Assembly (NCBI GenBank): GCA_038247635.1 | Contig: JBBRUR010000005.1 | Location: 6,723 to 70,722, forward strand | Source: Chitinophagales bacterium | Lineage (GTDB): Bacteria > Bacteroidota > Bacteroidia > Chitinophagales > Chitinophagaceae | DNA: 64,000 bases | Reading direction: 5' to 3' | Part shown: positions 55,794 to 64,000 of the stretch, piece after piece | How the letters are laid out: each line of letters opens with the position of its first letter | Numbering within the stretch: the stretch's first letter is position 1 | Notes under the pieces: generated by a model | What the model was told of the DNA's origin: nothing | Databases searched by the model: none | Seen by the model: only the letters and a program-made list of their open reading frames with translations | Translations under genes and position numbers: made by a program

Positions 55794-57002
55794 ATGAAAC
55801 TATTTTACCTTTTAATTATTGGAATATTCATATACCTACCGGGTTTTGCCCAAACCACGATAACCATTACTGCCGACCGCGATAACACTTTGTACCAGGA
55901 AAACGGAAGCAACAGTAACGGCCTGGGCGATCACTTTTTTGCAGGGTCTACTAACAGGGGTGACCGACGCAGGGCGCTTTTACATTTTGACCTTGCCCAG
56001 GTGCCGGCCGGCGTTACCATTACGGCTGTTACACTTACTTTAACCTGTAACAGAAAAGCCTCAGGCAGTACTGGTATAAACATTTATAAACTAACGTCCA
56101 ATTGGGGCGAAGGCACCTCAAATTCAACAGGGCAGGAAGGTGGCGGAGCGCCGGCGACAGTTAACGACGCTACCTGGACTAACCGCTTTGCACCCTCTAC
56201 CCTATGGACTACCGCAGGCGGAGATTTCGTAAATACCTTGTCTTTTACCTCGCCTGGCAATATTGAATTAGGCACGGTAACAATACCCGGCGGTCCATTA
56301 AATAACCTGGTTCAGGATGTGCAAAGCTTTGTAACTAATGGCGCTACCAATTTTGGCTGGATTTTAACCGGAAGTAATGAAACTATGTCGGGCAGTGCTA
56401 TTCGGTTTGCATCAACCAATAGCACAACACCAGCCAACAGGCCCACTTTAAGCGTAACATATACCAGTAGCTTACCAGTGACCTTGTCAAAGTTTACCGC
56501 CAGCGTAAACAGGGGTAAAGCGCTGTTGCAATGGCAAACCCAAACAGAAGTAAATAACCAATACTTTGAGGTGGAGCACAGCCGCAACGGGGTAACCTTT
56601 AGCCCCTTGGGAAGGGTTGCAGGAAGGGGGAATACTACCACCCTGGAACGCTACGAATATATCCATCAAAATATAGCACCTGGCAAAAACTACTACCGGT
56701 TGGCGCAGTACGATATTAACGGAACCAAAAAATATTCGCAGGTAATATTACTTGCGGCTTCCGGAAAACCGGCGTTTAGTTTATATCCTAACCCTGCCAA
56801 TAATTTTTTATATATTGATGCTGCGTTTTTAACTTCCAATACAAGCTATCGTATCATAAACATGATGGGGCAGGTTGCGCAGACGGGTGTACTTTTCAGC
56901 CAACAAATAAACATCAGTAAGCTTTCACCAGGTCAATATTCAATTGTTCTTCAACCCGTTGATGGCCAGCGTTTACAAAGCACATTTGTAAAAACTCCAT
57001 AG
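55794..57002 (+). CDS. secreted protein with DNRLRE-like N-terminal domain and T9SS C-terminal sorting domain
   Basis: Signal peptide (..LPGFAQ). ADRDNTLYQ...RRALLHFDL...IYKLTSNWGE resembles the DNRLRE/TGF-beta-propeptide-like domain. The C-terminus FSLYPNPANNFLYID...QYSIVL is a type-A Por/T9SS tail. Confidence 0.65.
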   Translation: MKLFYLLIIGIFIYLPGFAQTTITITADRDNTLYQENGSNSNGLGDHFFAGSTNRGDRRRALLHFDLAQVPAGVTITAVTLTLTCNRKASGSTGINIYKLTSNWGEGTSNSTGQEGGGAPATVNDATWTNRFAPSTLWTTAGGDFVNTLSFTSPGNIELGTVTIPGGPLNNLVQDVQSFVTNGATNFGWILTGSNETMSGSAIRFASTNSTTPANRPTLSVTYTSSLPVTLSKFTASVNRGKALLQWQTQTEVNNQYFEVEHSRNGVTFSPLGRVAGRGNTTTLERYEYIHQNIAPGKNYYRLAQYDINGTKKYSQVILLAASGKPAFSLYPNPANNFLYIDAAFLTSNTSYRIINMMGQVAQTGVLFSQQINISKLSPGQYSIVLQPVDGQRLQSTFVKTP

Positions 57003-57043
57003 TAAAGCAGTCGAACGTACTACTAGGCGGTTATTAGTTCAGA

Positions 57044-57087
57044 AGCCCATGGAAGCAACATCACTTGCTGGCATCCATGGGCTTTTG
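57044..57087 (+). terminator. intrinsic terminator after the T9SS-substrate gene
   Basis: AGCCCATGG / CCATGGGCT (9 bp) with an inner AGCAA/TTGCT stem, followed by TTTTG. It lies inside the discarded 5' extension of the paaG ORF. Confidence 0.65.
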
Positions 57088-57126
57088 CTATGGTGCCATA
57101 ATTGTCTTTATCTTGTTAAAAAAAAT

Positions 57127-57903
57127 ATGGCCGACAGCATTTTATTCAATATTGAAAACGGGCTTGCCATCATTACCCTTAACCGGCCTGCAAAACTAAA
57201 CTCGTTTAACCGCGAGATGGCGTTATTGCTTCAAAAAAAACTGGCATTGTGCAACGGCGATAATGTACGGGCCGTGTATTTAACCGGTAACGGAAATGCG
57301 TTTTGTGCAGGACAGGACCTTGAAGAAGTGCTTGATAAAGAAGGCCCGGGAATGCAGCGCATTTTGAAAGAACATTTTAACCCGGTTGTAGAACTAATGC
57401 GCAACCTGCCCAAGCCTGTTGTTGCGGCAGTAAATGGTGTGGCCGCAGGTGCAGGCGCCAATCTTGCCCTGTGTGCCGATATTGTAGTGGCATCTGACAA
57501 AGCAAGTTTTATACAGGCTTTTAGTAAAATTGGGCTTATACCCGACAGCGGTGGCACCTTTATGCTGCCCCGCTTAATTGGCTGGCAAAAAGCTTCGGCT
57601 TTAATGTTGTTGGGCGATAAAGTTTCTGCAGCCGAAGCTGTTCAAATGGGCATGATTTATAAAATGTTTGCACACGACGACTTTGCCAACCAGGCCATGC
57701 AGTTAACCAAAAAGCTGGTAGCAATGCCAACTACCGGCCTTGCCCTTACTAAAAAAGCGTTGAATATCTCTTTTCAAAATAACCTTACCGGCCAACTACA
57801 ACTGGAAGACCATTTGCAGCAACTGGCCGCAGCCACCAGCGATTTTACTGAGGGTGTAAATGCCTTTGTTGAAAAAAGAGTGCCCATTTTTACAGGAAAA
57901 TAA
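57127..57903 (+). CDS. paaG: 2-(1,2-epoxy-1,2-dihydrophenyl)acetyl-CoA isomerase (crotonase family)
   Basis: ORF trimmed to ATG 57127. Collinear with my memory of E. coli PaaG, including LTLNRP..LNSF, FCAGQDL, KPVVAAVNGVAAGAGANLAL, FSKIGLIPDSGG and the ending ..FTGK. Confidence 0.8.
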   Translation: MADSILFNIENGLAIITLNRPAKLNSFNREMALLLQKKLALCNGDNVRAVYLTGNGNAFCAGQDLEEVLDKEGPGMQRILKEHFNPVVELMRNLPKPVVAAVNGVAAGAGANLALCADIVVASDKASFIQAFSKIGLIPDSGGTFMLPRLIGWQKASALMLLGDKVSAAEAVQMGMIYKMFAHDDFANQAMQLTKKLVAMPTTGLALTKKALNISFQNNLTGQLQLEDHLQQLAAATSDFTEGVNAFVEKRVPIFTGK

Positions 57904-57916
57904 CCCCTATCTAATA

Positions 57917-58385
57917 ATGACTATTGATGCACCAGCCATTGTAAACAGGCTACTTAAGTGCGATAGATTTAGCCAGTGGCTTACTATTAAAATTATAAAC
58001 ATACAACCCGGTAGCTGCACCATTGCCACGACGGTACAACCCGAAATTTTCAATAGTTTTGGTATTGCTAATGGTGGCATTAGTTTTTTGTATGCCCACA
58101 ATGCTTTGGCCTTTGCCTTTTACAGCCGCAACAAAAAGGTAGAATCAATTGAAACCAGTACATCGCACACTCAGCAATTGCAAACGAGTACTGTCCGTTT
58201 GCTGAGTATCACTTGAAACCAGTATGTCGCACACCCATACAATTGCCATTGGCGACAGGCCTACTGGCGTAATCACCAAAAAAAACCTTACCAATGCAAC
58301 AGGTTTATACCAGGTGAAAGTAACCAACCAGCATAACCAACTGGTGGCCTCATTTAAAGGAACCGTTTACCGCAAAGTCAACTGA
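57917..58385 (+). pseudogene. paaI: hydroxyphenylacetyl-CoA thioesterase PaaI, frame broken by a 64-nt quasi-duplication
   Basis: The hotdog-fold N-terminal part (..NSFGIANGGISFLYAHNALAFAF..VESIETS) runs into TGA at 58214. The C-terminal part (LETSMSHTHTIAIGDRPTGVITKKNL..LVASFKGTVYRKVN*) continues in the +1 frame from 58212. Removing 64 nt would give about 134 aa. Confidence 0.7.
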
Positions 58386-58439
58386 ACAGAGAGCGACTTT
58401 GCTTAGACCATTTTTAAATTGATCATTTAGCTACACTAT

Positions 58440-59039
58440 ATGTTCTATTCATTCAATCAATTTATTCCGGTAGTTCACCCGTCGTCGTTTGTACACCCGC
58501 AGGCTACCGTTACGGGCAATGTTATTATTGGTAAAGATGTGTACATAGGGCCCGGTGCCGCATTGCGGGGCGACTGGGGCGGCATTACCATTGGGGATGG
58601 CTGCAATGTGCAGGAAAACTGCACCATACATATGTTTCCGGGCATAATGGAAGTGTTGAATGAAAGTGCGCACATTGGTCATGGGGCCATTATACACGGT
58701 GCCACCATTGGGCGCAATTGCCTGGTAGGTATGAATGCCGTTATTATGGACAACGTGGTTTTGGGCGACGAATGTATTGTTGGTGCGCTAAGTTTTATAA
58801 AGGCTGGCGAAAACATACCGACACGCAGCCTTGTGGGCGGCAATCCGGCCCGTATTATAAAACAGGTAAGTGACGAAATGCTTTTATGGAAAACCAGGGG
58901 CACTGGTTTGTACCAGCAACTGCCCTTACAAATGCAAAAGGAGTGGGGGCCCTGCAAACCCCTTACCGAGGTAGAAACGAACCGCCCAATGCAGGATAAA
59001 ATTTACCAAAACTGGCAACAACAAAACAATGGCTTGTAA
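58440..59039 (+). CDS. paaY: PaaY-like hexapeptide-repeat (gamma-carbonic-anhydrase-fold) protein
   Basis: Left-handed beta-helix repeats (VTGNVIIGKDVYIGPGAALRGD.., HIGHGAIIHGATIGRNCLVGMNAVIMDNVVLGDECIVGA) in the paa context. Confidence 0.8.
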   Translation: MFYSFNQFIPVVHPSSFVHPQATVTGNVIIGKDVYIGPGAALRGDWGGITIGDGCNVQENCTIHMFPGIMEVLNESAHIGHGAIIHGATIGRNCLVGMNAVIMDNVVLGDECIVGALSFIKAGENIPTRSLVGGNPARIIKQVSDEMLLWKTRGTGLYQQLPLQMQKEWGPCKPLTEVETNRPMQDKIYQNWQQQNNGL

Positions 59040-59047
59040 GCGGGTGG

Positions 59048-59686
59048 CTACAGGTTAAAGTCCGACCGAAGGTTTTTAAAATGGCCATTTAACTTTATCC
59101 GGTCTTTCAATAACTCCATTTCGGTTACCACGGGCAACACCTTTTGCAAATGCCTTTTTAAGTACTCCAGTCGCTGGGCTTCACTAAACAATGCCAGCAC
59201 TTCGTATTCTTCCTCCACCGACAAGGCTGCGTGGTGCGCCACATCGTACGAAAGCAATTCGCCATCGGGCTTTACAAAATCTTTGGTAAGTTTTAGCAAG
59301 TTATGTAAGGTCCTGATATTTTTTACAACCCATGTAAGCAACACCCCTTTTTGGTCGTACACATTTTCGGGGTAGTTTACAATGGCTCCACTATACAATC
59401 TATCAGGCACTTCTTTCATTAACTCCAAAATCCTGAACACCTCAAGGCCTTTTGTTTTTACATCAAGCTTCCCATCCCCGTACACATTTACAATATCAAT
59501 CACCTCCACCAATGTGCCAACTTCGCCAATGCCGTTTTTCAACACCGGTGTAATTCCAAACGGTTTTCCTTCGCTGTAACACTCGGTAATCAGTTGTTTG
59601 TATCGGGGTTCAAAAATGTGCAGGTTAACATTTTCGCCTGGGTAAACCACAATTGCCAAGGGAAAAATCGGAATAAAATTGGTCAT
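59048..59686 (-). CDS. LON substrate-binding (LON N-terminal) domain protein
   Basis: IPIFPLAIVVYPGENVNLHIFEPRYKQLI is the LON N-domain opening. There is no ATPase or protease part. Confidence 0.8.
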   Translation of the reverse strand: MTNFIPIFPLAIVVYPGENVNLHIFEPRYKQLITECYSEGKPFGITPVLKNGIGEVGTLVEVIDIVNVYGDGKLDVKTKGLEVFRILELMKEVPDRLYSGAIVNYPENVYDQKGVLLTWVVKNIRTLHNLLKLTKDFVKPDGELLSYDVAHHAALSVEEEYEVLALFSEAQRLEYLKRHLQKVLPVVTEMELLKDRIKLNGHFKNLRSDFNL

Positions 59687-59754
59687 GGATGAAACTCTTT
59701 TTTAAAATGCGATAAAGGTAAAATGGAAAAAGCCAAAAAAGTGATACCACACAG

Positions 59755-60516
59755 CTAACCTGTGCTGTTATGGTGCAACTCGTACAACCGCTGATACTTT
59801 AAAAAAGTGTAAAATGCTGTCATTTTTGCAATAAGGTATCCTTCCTTACCATCTAAAAACCCCCGTTTTAAAATATAGTTTGAAAAAAAAGCAAATCCCG
59901 GCGATATTCTTCTTTTTATAAATCCTGCTTTTTTACCGCGGTGGTAATAAAGGCTTGCGCCAAGCATTGCATACCGGGTAGTTTTTTGGGCATAGTCGGC
60001 AAGGTCTTTTATTGTATAATGTAAAAGGCTGCCGCCTATTTTTTCAACCTTTGAACCGGGCGGCAGTTTAAGTTGCTCATGTACAGCATCGTGGTTCCAT
60101 TGCACCGTTTTTTTATTAAAAAGCCTTATTGGTGCATCGCTGGCCCACTCGCCATAGCGTATTTGCTTATTGCCCAAAAAATTTTTACGGGCAATGCGGT
60201 ACACGGTGTATTCGTTAGGCGGCACCAGCCTGCTTATTGCTTTTACCATTTCAGCATCGGCATGTTCGTCGGCATCTATGCTTAAAATCCATGGGTGCTT
60301 TGCCAGGGCTATCCCTTTGTTTTTATTTTGGCCGTAACCGTCCCAGCTGGTTTGTAGCAAAGTAGCTTTTAAGTCGATAATTATTTGTGGGCTGTCATCG
60401 GTACTACCACTATCCACCACAATAACATCGTTGGTAATGGTTTGGGCACGCCGTATGGTTTCGCCAATAATATGGGCTTCGTTTTTACCAATAATTACCA
60501 CCGAAATATCCAACAT
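59755..60516 (-). CDS. glycosyltransferase family 2
   Basis: ISVVIIGKNEA...VVDSGSTDDS...SIDADE (DxD) pattern, about 250 aa, LPS-core type. Confidence 0.85.
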   Translation of the reverse strand: MLDISVVIIGKNEAHIIGETIRRAQTITNDVIVVDSGSTDDSPQIIIDLKATLLQTSWDGYGQNKNKGIALAKHPWILSIDADEHADAEMVKAISRLVPPNEYTVYRIARKNFLGNKQIRYGEWASDAPIRLFNKKTVQWNHDAVHEQLKLPPGSKVEKIGGSLLHYTIKDLADYAQKTTRYAMLGASLYYHRGKKAGFIKRRISPGFAFFSNYILKRGFLDGKEGYLIAKMTAFYTFLKYQRLYELHHNSTG

Positions 60517-60520
60517 ATCA

Positions 60521-61732
60521 TTAGTCAGGCTGTGGTTTTTGATGCTGCAACCACAACATACAAACGAAGATAAAGATTAGCACTCCAAACTGTCGCTCAA
60601 GGGTGTCGTCGGTTAACAAAGGCACTAACAATACCATGCCGGATATGCGGCTGAGTATATTGCCGCGAAGGGTAGTTTTTAGCAACAACCATATACCTGC
60701 GGTAAACAACAATATTCCGGGCCAACCGCTGGCGGCCCCGTACAATATCCATTGGTTAAGAGGCAAAAAACGCTCGTATGCCGGTGTTGATGGTTGAAAG
60801 GTTTGGTGCCACGCATCTAAAGAGGCCTGTAAATCGCCAAAGCCAACCCCGCTTATTAAATTTTTTTGTAGCAGGTACCAGCCAGCTTTTAACGACAGCA
60901 CGCGGGCACCATCGCTTGAGCCGGGTTCAAAATTGCCTCTGCTGTAATTGCCAAAATCATACATTACATATTGCACCCTGTTTTGCAGGCTTGGCATGGT
61001 TACGTAGCATAAAAAAGGCACCACTGTAACTGCCAACAACAGCAGTAGCCCAATGCTCGTTTTCTTCTTTTTAAAAATAAGATACGTAATACCATACCCC
61101 GCCGCCAGGTATAAACAAAGGAGACCAGTTTTGGCCGCCAGTAAATGCAGATACACTACCAACCACACCAATGCAACTATTATAATGCTTTTACGAAACC
61201 GCCCGGTTACCTGGGTAAGCCATTGGCAACACAACAAAATTACCAGCACCACCAGCCAGCTAAAACGTATATGGTCATCCTCTAACGGTGTTGGCATTAC
61301 CCTGGCCTGCAGGTAACCGTTTAATATTTGTTGTTGATTGCCCACAAACTTGAGTATCGTATACAGGCTGCCTGCAAGGGTAGCAGCCAACAGTATAGCC
61401 ACCAACAATACCCATGTTTTTTTGCTAATAGTAATGCCACCCAAACCCAGCCCAATGGTTAGTAGCGGCACCCTAACTTCAAGGGCCCTAAACCAAAGGC
61501 CTGTTTGCTGGCTCCATAAACCACTTATTAATACCGGTACAATTACCAGTGCAGCTCCGGCAATGGTGCTAACAGGCCATTGCCGGTTTTTATTTTGTAA
61601 CAAAAACAAGCCAACCGCCGCCACCGAAGCAATTGAAGCCATAGCCCTGCTAACAAACATGCCTGTAATTATTAGCGTACAAACTAATACAACCGACACA
61701 TTTTTTTTAGGTATAGATAGTAATAAGGGCAT
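60521..61732 (-). CDS. O-antigen ligase (Wzy_C)-family membrane protein
   Basis: About 10 TM segments with a large loop (NYSRGNFEPGSSDGARVLSLKAGW...GVGFGD) typical of the O-antigen ligase/polymerase family. Confidence 0.6.
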   Translation of the reverse strand: MPLLLSIPKKNVSVVLVCTLIITGMFVSRAMASIASVAAVGLFLLQNKNRQWPVSTIAGAALVIVPVLISGLWSQQTGLWFRALEVRVPLLTIGLGLGGITISKKTWVLLVAILLAATLAGSLYTILKFVGNQQQILNGYLQARVMPTPLEDDHIRFSWLVVLVILLCCQWLTQVTGRFRKSIIIVALVWLVVYLHLLAAKTGLLCLYLAAGYGITYLIFKKKKTSIGLLLLLAVTVVPFLCYVTMPSLQNRVQYVMYDFGNYSRGNFEPGSSDGARVLSLKAGWYLLQKNLISGVGFGDLQASLDAWHQTFQPSTPAYERFLPLNQWILYGAASGWPGILLFTAGIWLLLKTTLRGNILSRISGMVLLVPLLTDDTLERQFGVLIFIFVCMLWLQHQKPQPD

Positions 61733-61802
61733 TGGGTAGGCAGCGGTAATTTTTAATGGTTTACAGCAAACTTAGCGTTCAACTGCCGATATTCGTTGGG
61801 CA

Positions 61803-62705
61803 ATGTGGCAGCAACTACTAAACAACTTTAAGCAGGGCGATATAAAGGCGCTGGCACGTACTATATCGCTGGTAGAAAATGAACACGAGGGCTATTTTGA
61901 ATTTTTGCAACAATTGCCCGCCAGCCCAACGCCTTTAATTGGTATTACCGGGCCGCCTGGTGCTGGCAAAAGCACCCTGGTGGATGCTTTGGTGGGCCAA
62001 ATGGTAGCACAACAAAAAAAAGTAGCCGTCGTTTGCGTGGATCCATCGTCGCCATTTAACCTTGGGGCCCTGTTGGGCGACCGTATACGTATGAGCCAGT
62101 GGTACAACAACCCAAATGTGTACATTCGTTCGCTTGCTACACGGGGAAGCCTTGGTGGCCTGCATCCAAAAATTATTGAGATATGTGACGTAGTAAGGAC
62201 GGCACTGTTTGATTATGTAATTGTGGAAACCGTAGGGGTTGGCCAAAGCGAAGTTGAAATTGCAGGGCTGGCCGATTGCACTATGGTAGTAGTAGTGCCC
62301 GAGGCTGGCGACGAGGTACAAACCATGAAGGCAGGGCTTATGGAGATTGCCGATGTTTTTGTGGTAAACAAGGCCGACCGACCGGGTGCAGACAAATTTG
62401 TGCATAATCTAAGGCAAATAGCCACAACCACCGGTGCCCATAATACTACCCCTGTTTTAAAAACCATTGCCACCACCAACACAGGCATAGCACAATTATT
62501 TAATAGTATTGTTGAGCAACTTGCGGTAACAAACCGCCAAAACCGGCGCACCTTGTTGCTGGTACAACGTGCCTATTTTTTAATAGCACAATACCGTATG
62601 CACAATGTAAAAAAAGAAGATTTAAAACAAGCAATTAACAAACAGGTAAACAATGGTATGCCTTTTAACCTGTATCAATTTGTAAAGCAATACCTGGGTG
62701 GGTAG
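61803..62705 (+). CDS. meaB: methylmalonyl-CoA mutase-associated GTPase MeaB/ArgK
   Basis: P-loop GPPGAGKST, VDPSSPF..GALLGDRIRM, ETVGVGQSE and NKAD. Confidence 0.9.
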   Translation: MWQQLLNNFKQGDIKALARTISLVENEHEGYFEFLQQLPASPTPLIGITGPPGAGKSTLVDALVGQMVAQQKKVAVVCVDPSSPFNLGALLGDRIRMSQWYNNPNVYIRSLATRGSLGGLHPKIIEICDVVRTALFDYVIVETVGVGQSEVEIAGLADCTMVVVVPEAGDEVQTMKAGLMEIADVFVVNKADRPGADKFVHNLRQIATTTGAHNTTPVLKTIATTNTGIAQLFNSIVEQLAVTNRQNRRTLLLVQRAYFLIAQYRMHNVKKEDLKQAINKQVNNGMPFNLYQFVKQYLGG

Positions 62706-62709
62706 TAAA

Positions 62710-62967
62710 TTATTGCTGCGGTGTAGCGGGCAAATCGCCCTGGGCTTCGTACTCTTTTTCGCTTTTGTACCAGCGGTAACTAATGTAACCCACCACTGCA
62801 AACGGTGCAATCATTAAATAAACAATGCCCGAGTTAAGACCCGTAGCTGCCTTATCGCCCAATTGCATGGCCGTTTTTGTACAAATGGAACATTGCGCCA
62901 AAGCGGACTGAGCAGATAAAAAAACCATCCCTAATGCTAAAACCAATAATAAGCTCCCCTTTGTCAT
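62710..62967 (-). CDS. hypothetical small membrane protein
   Basis: The track start is TTG 62988; I use ATG 62967 (MTKGSLLLVLALGMVFLSAQSALAQ signal), then CSIC and one TM helix (IVYLMIAPFAVVGYISY). Confidence 0.45.
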   Translation of the reverse strand: MTKGSLLLVLALGMVFLSAQSALAQCSICTKTAMQLGDKAATGLNSGIVYLMIAPFAVVGYISYRWYKSEKEYEAQGDLPATPQQ

Positions 62968-63035
62968 AACTGTAAAATTATTAGGCAAAGGTAACCTGTA
63001 AAAAGTAATAACTTTCTTTACCTAATCATAAAAAA

Positions 63036-64000
63036 ATGAGCAATACACGACGAATTTTTTTTAAAAATGCCGGCTTGTTGGCGGGTGCGTTTTCAACCAA
63101 TAGTTTGTTTAATCAATTGTATGCGAAAGACTTTTTACAAGCATCAAAAAACATTGCGCACCAAACACCGCAGCAGGCCTCCGGTAACGAAGATTACTGG
63201 AGTTTTATACAACAGGCCTACACGGTAAACCCCAGCATCATAAACCTAAATAACGGCGGGGTAAGCCCCGCACCAAAGGTGGTACAGGATGCCCTTGACC
63301 GCTACAACAAACTGGCCAACGAAGCCCCATCGTACTACATGTGGCGCATTATTGACATGGGCCGCGAACCACTTCGAGAAAAATTGGCTGAACTGGCAGG
63401 TTGTCTTGCGCAGGAGATTGCCATAAACCGCAATGCCACCGAGGCCTTAAATACCATTATTTACGGATTGGATTTTAAACGGGGCGACGAAGTAATTGGC
63501 ACCAAACAAGATTACCCCAATATGATACAGGCCTGGCGGCAGCGGGCCTTACGCGAAGGCATTATTTACAAACAACTAAGTTTCGATTTTCCCGTAGAGG
63601 ATGATGAGGCGATAGTAAAAGCATTTGAACGGGCTATTACCCCGGCCACCAAATTGCTGCATATAACCCACATTATAAATTGGGTAGGGCAAATAATGCC
63701 GGTAAAAAAAATTGCCCAAATGGCTCATAAAAAAGGCATTGAAGTATTGGTTGATGGCGCACACTCATTTGGGTTACTCAACTTTACAATACCGGAGCTG
63801 GAGTGCGATTATTTTGGCACCAGCCTGCACAAATTTTTAAGCGCCCCAATTGGCAGCGGCATGCTTTGGATTAAACAGGTGCATATTGAAAAAATATGGC
63901 CTCTGTTGTGTAACGATAAGCCACACAGCAACGACATTACCAAGTTTGAAACACTGGGCACCCGAAGCTTTTGTATTGAACAAGCCATAGGCGAAGCCAT
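63036..64000 (+). CDS. class-V aminotransferase-fold PLP enzyme with Tat signal (3' end outside the window)
   Basis: Hand-read ORF from ATG 63036: MSNTRRIFFKNAGLLAGAFS (twin-arginine motif). It continues NLNNGGVSPAP...NRNATEALN...ITHIINWVGQIMPVKKIA...VDGAHSFG...FGTSLHKFLSAP (PLP Lys region). It is open to the window edge, so it is absent from the ORF track. Confidence 0.75.
   Translation, partial: MSNTRRIFFKNAGLLAGAFSTNSLFNQLYAKDFLQASKNIAHQTPQQASGNEDYWSFIQQAYTVNPSIINLNNGGVSPAPKVVQDALDRYNKLANEAPSYYMWRIIDMGREPLREKLAELAGCLAQEIAINRNATEALNTIIYGLDFKRGDEVIGTKQDYPNMIQAWRQRALREGIIYKQLSFDFPVEDDEAIVKAFERAITPATKLLHITHIINWVGQIMPVKKIAQMAHKKGIEVLVDGAHSFGLLNFTIPELECDYFGTSLHKFLSAPIGSGMLWIKQVHIEKIWPLLCNDKPHSNDITKFETLGTRSFCIEQAIGEA

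Noticed and set aside
1-64000. tRNA, rRNA, tmRNA, RNase P RNA, SRP RNA and riboswitches
   Set aside because: I scanned the larger intergenic gaps by eye for T-loop-like GGTTCGAAT motifs and for the conserved cores I remember, and found none. A proper tRNAscan-SE or Infernal/Rfam run could still find something that I cannot see.

Overview
This 64-kb chromosomal segment looks like a Bacteroidota genome of the Sphingobacteriales type. The evidence is a SusC/SusD pair, GldC, a T9SS C-terminal sorting domain, DUF4290-murA and the conserved uppS-bamA-skp-skp-murI block. I call about 60 protein genes, one short ribosomal-protein gene missing from the ORF track (rpmH) and two pseudogenes (parE, paaI). 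I recognised no tRNA, rRNA, CRISPR array, transposase or integrase. Layout: (1) 0-9 kb holds MarR plus a long acyl-CoA dehydrogenase, two secreted hypotheticals and catalase HPII. (2) 9.1-12.8 kb is a low-coding, repeat-rich, accessory-looking patch. It carries an orphan ParD antitoxin with a badly decayed ParE, a protein with a central J domain, and two same-strand G-depleted repeat tracts including a 106-bp tandem array. (3) 12.8-38.9 kb is housekeeping (alkA-like, SOD, yidD-rnpA-rpmH, murI, skp x2, bamA, uppS, nadK, gldC, murA, purF). (4) 38.9-52.4 kb is a minus-strand polysaccharide utilisation locus (SusC/SusD, LamG, two GH144-like enzymes, GH3, SGNH and serine esterases) that I infer targets beta-1,2-glucan. 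(5) 52.6-59.0 kb is a loosened phenylacetate cluster (paaABCD, paaG, paaI, paaY), interrupted by a T9SS-secreted gene and with paaI broken by a 64-nt quasi-duplication. (6) 59-64 kb holds LPS/O-antigen-type genes, meaB and a Tat-signal class-V aminotransferase. The most unusual items are the 9.1-12.8 kb patch and a small family of hairpin elements with compensatory substitutions. I found nothing I can confidently call a complete new multi-gene system; the best candidate is flagged with that caveat. All assignments come from motif recognition by eye, and no searches were run.
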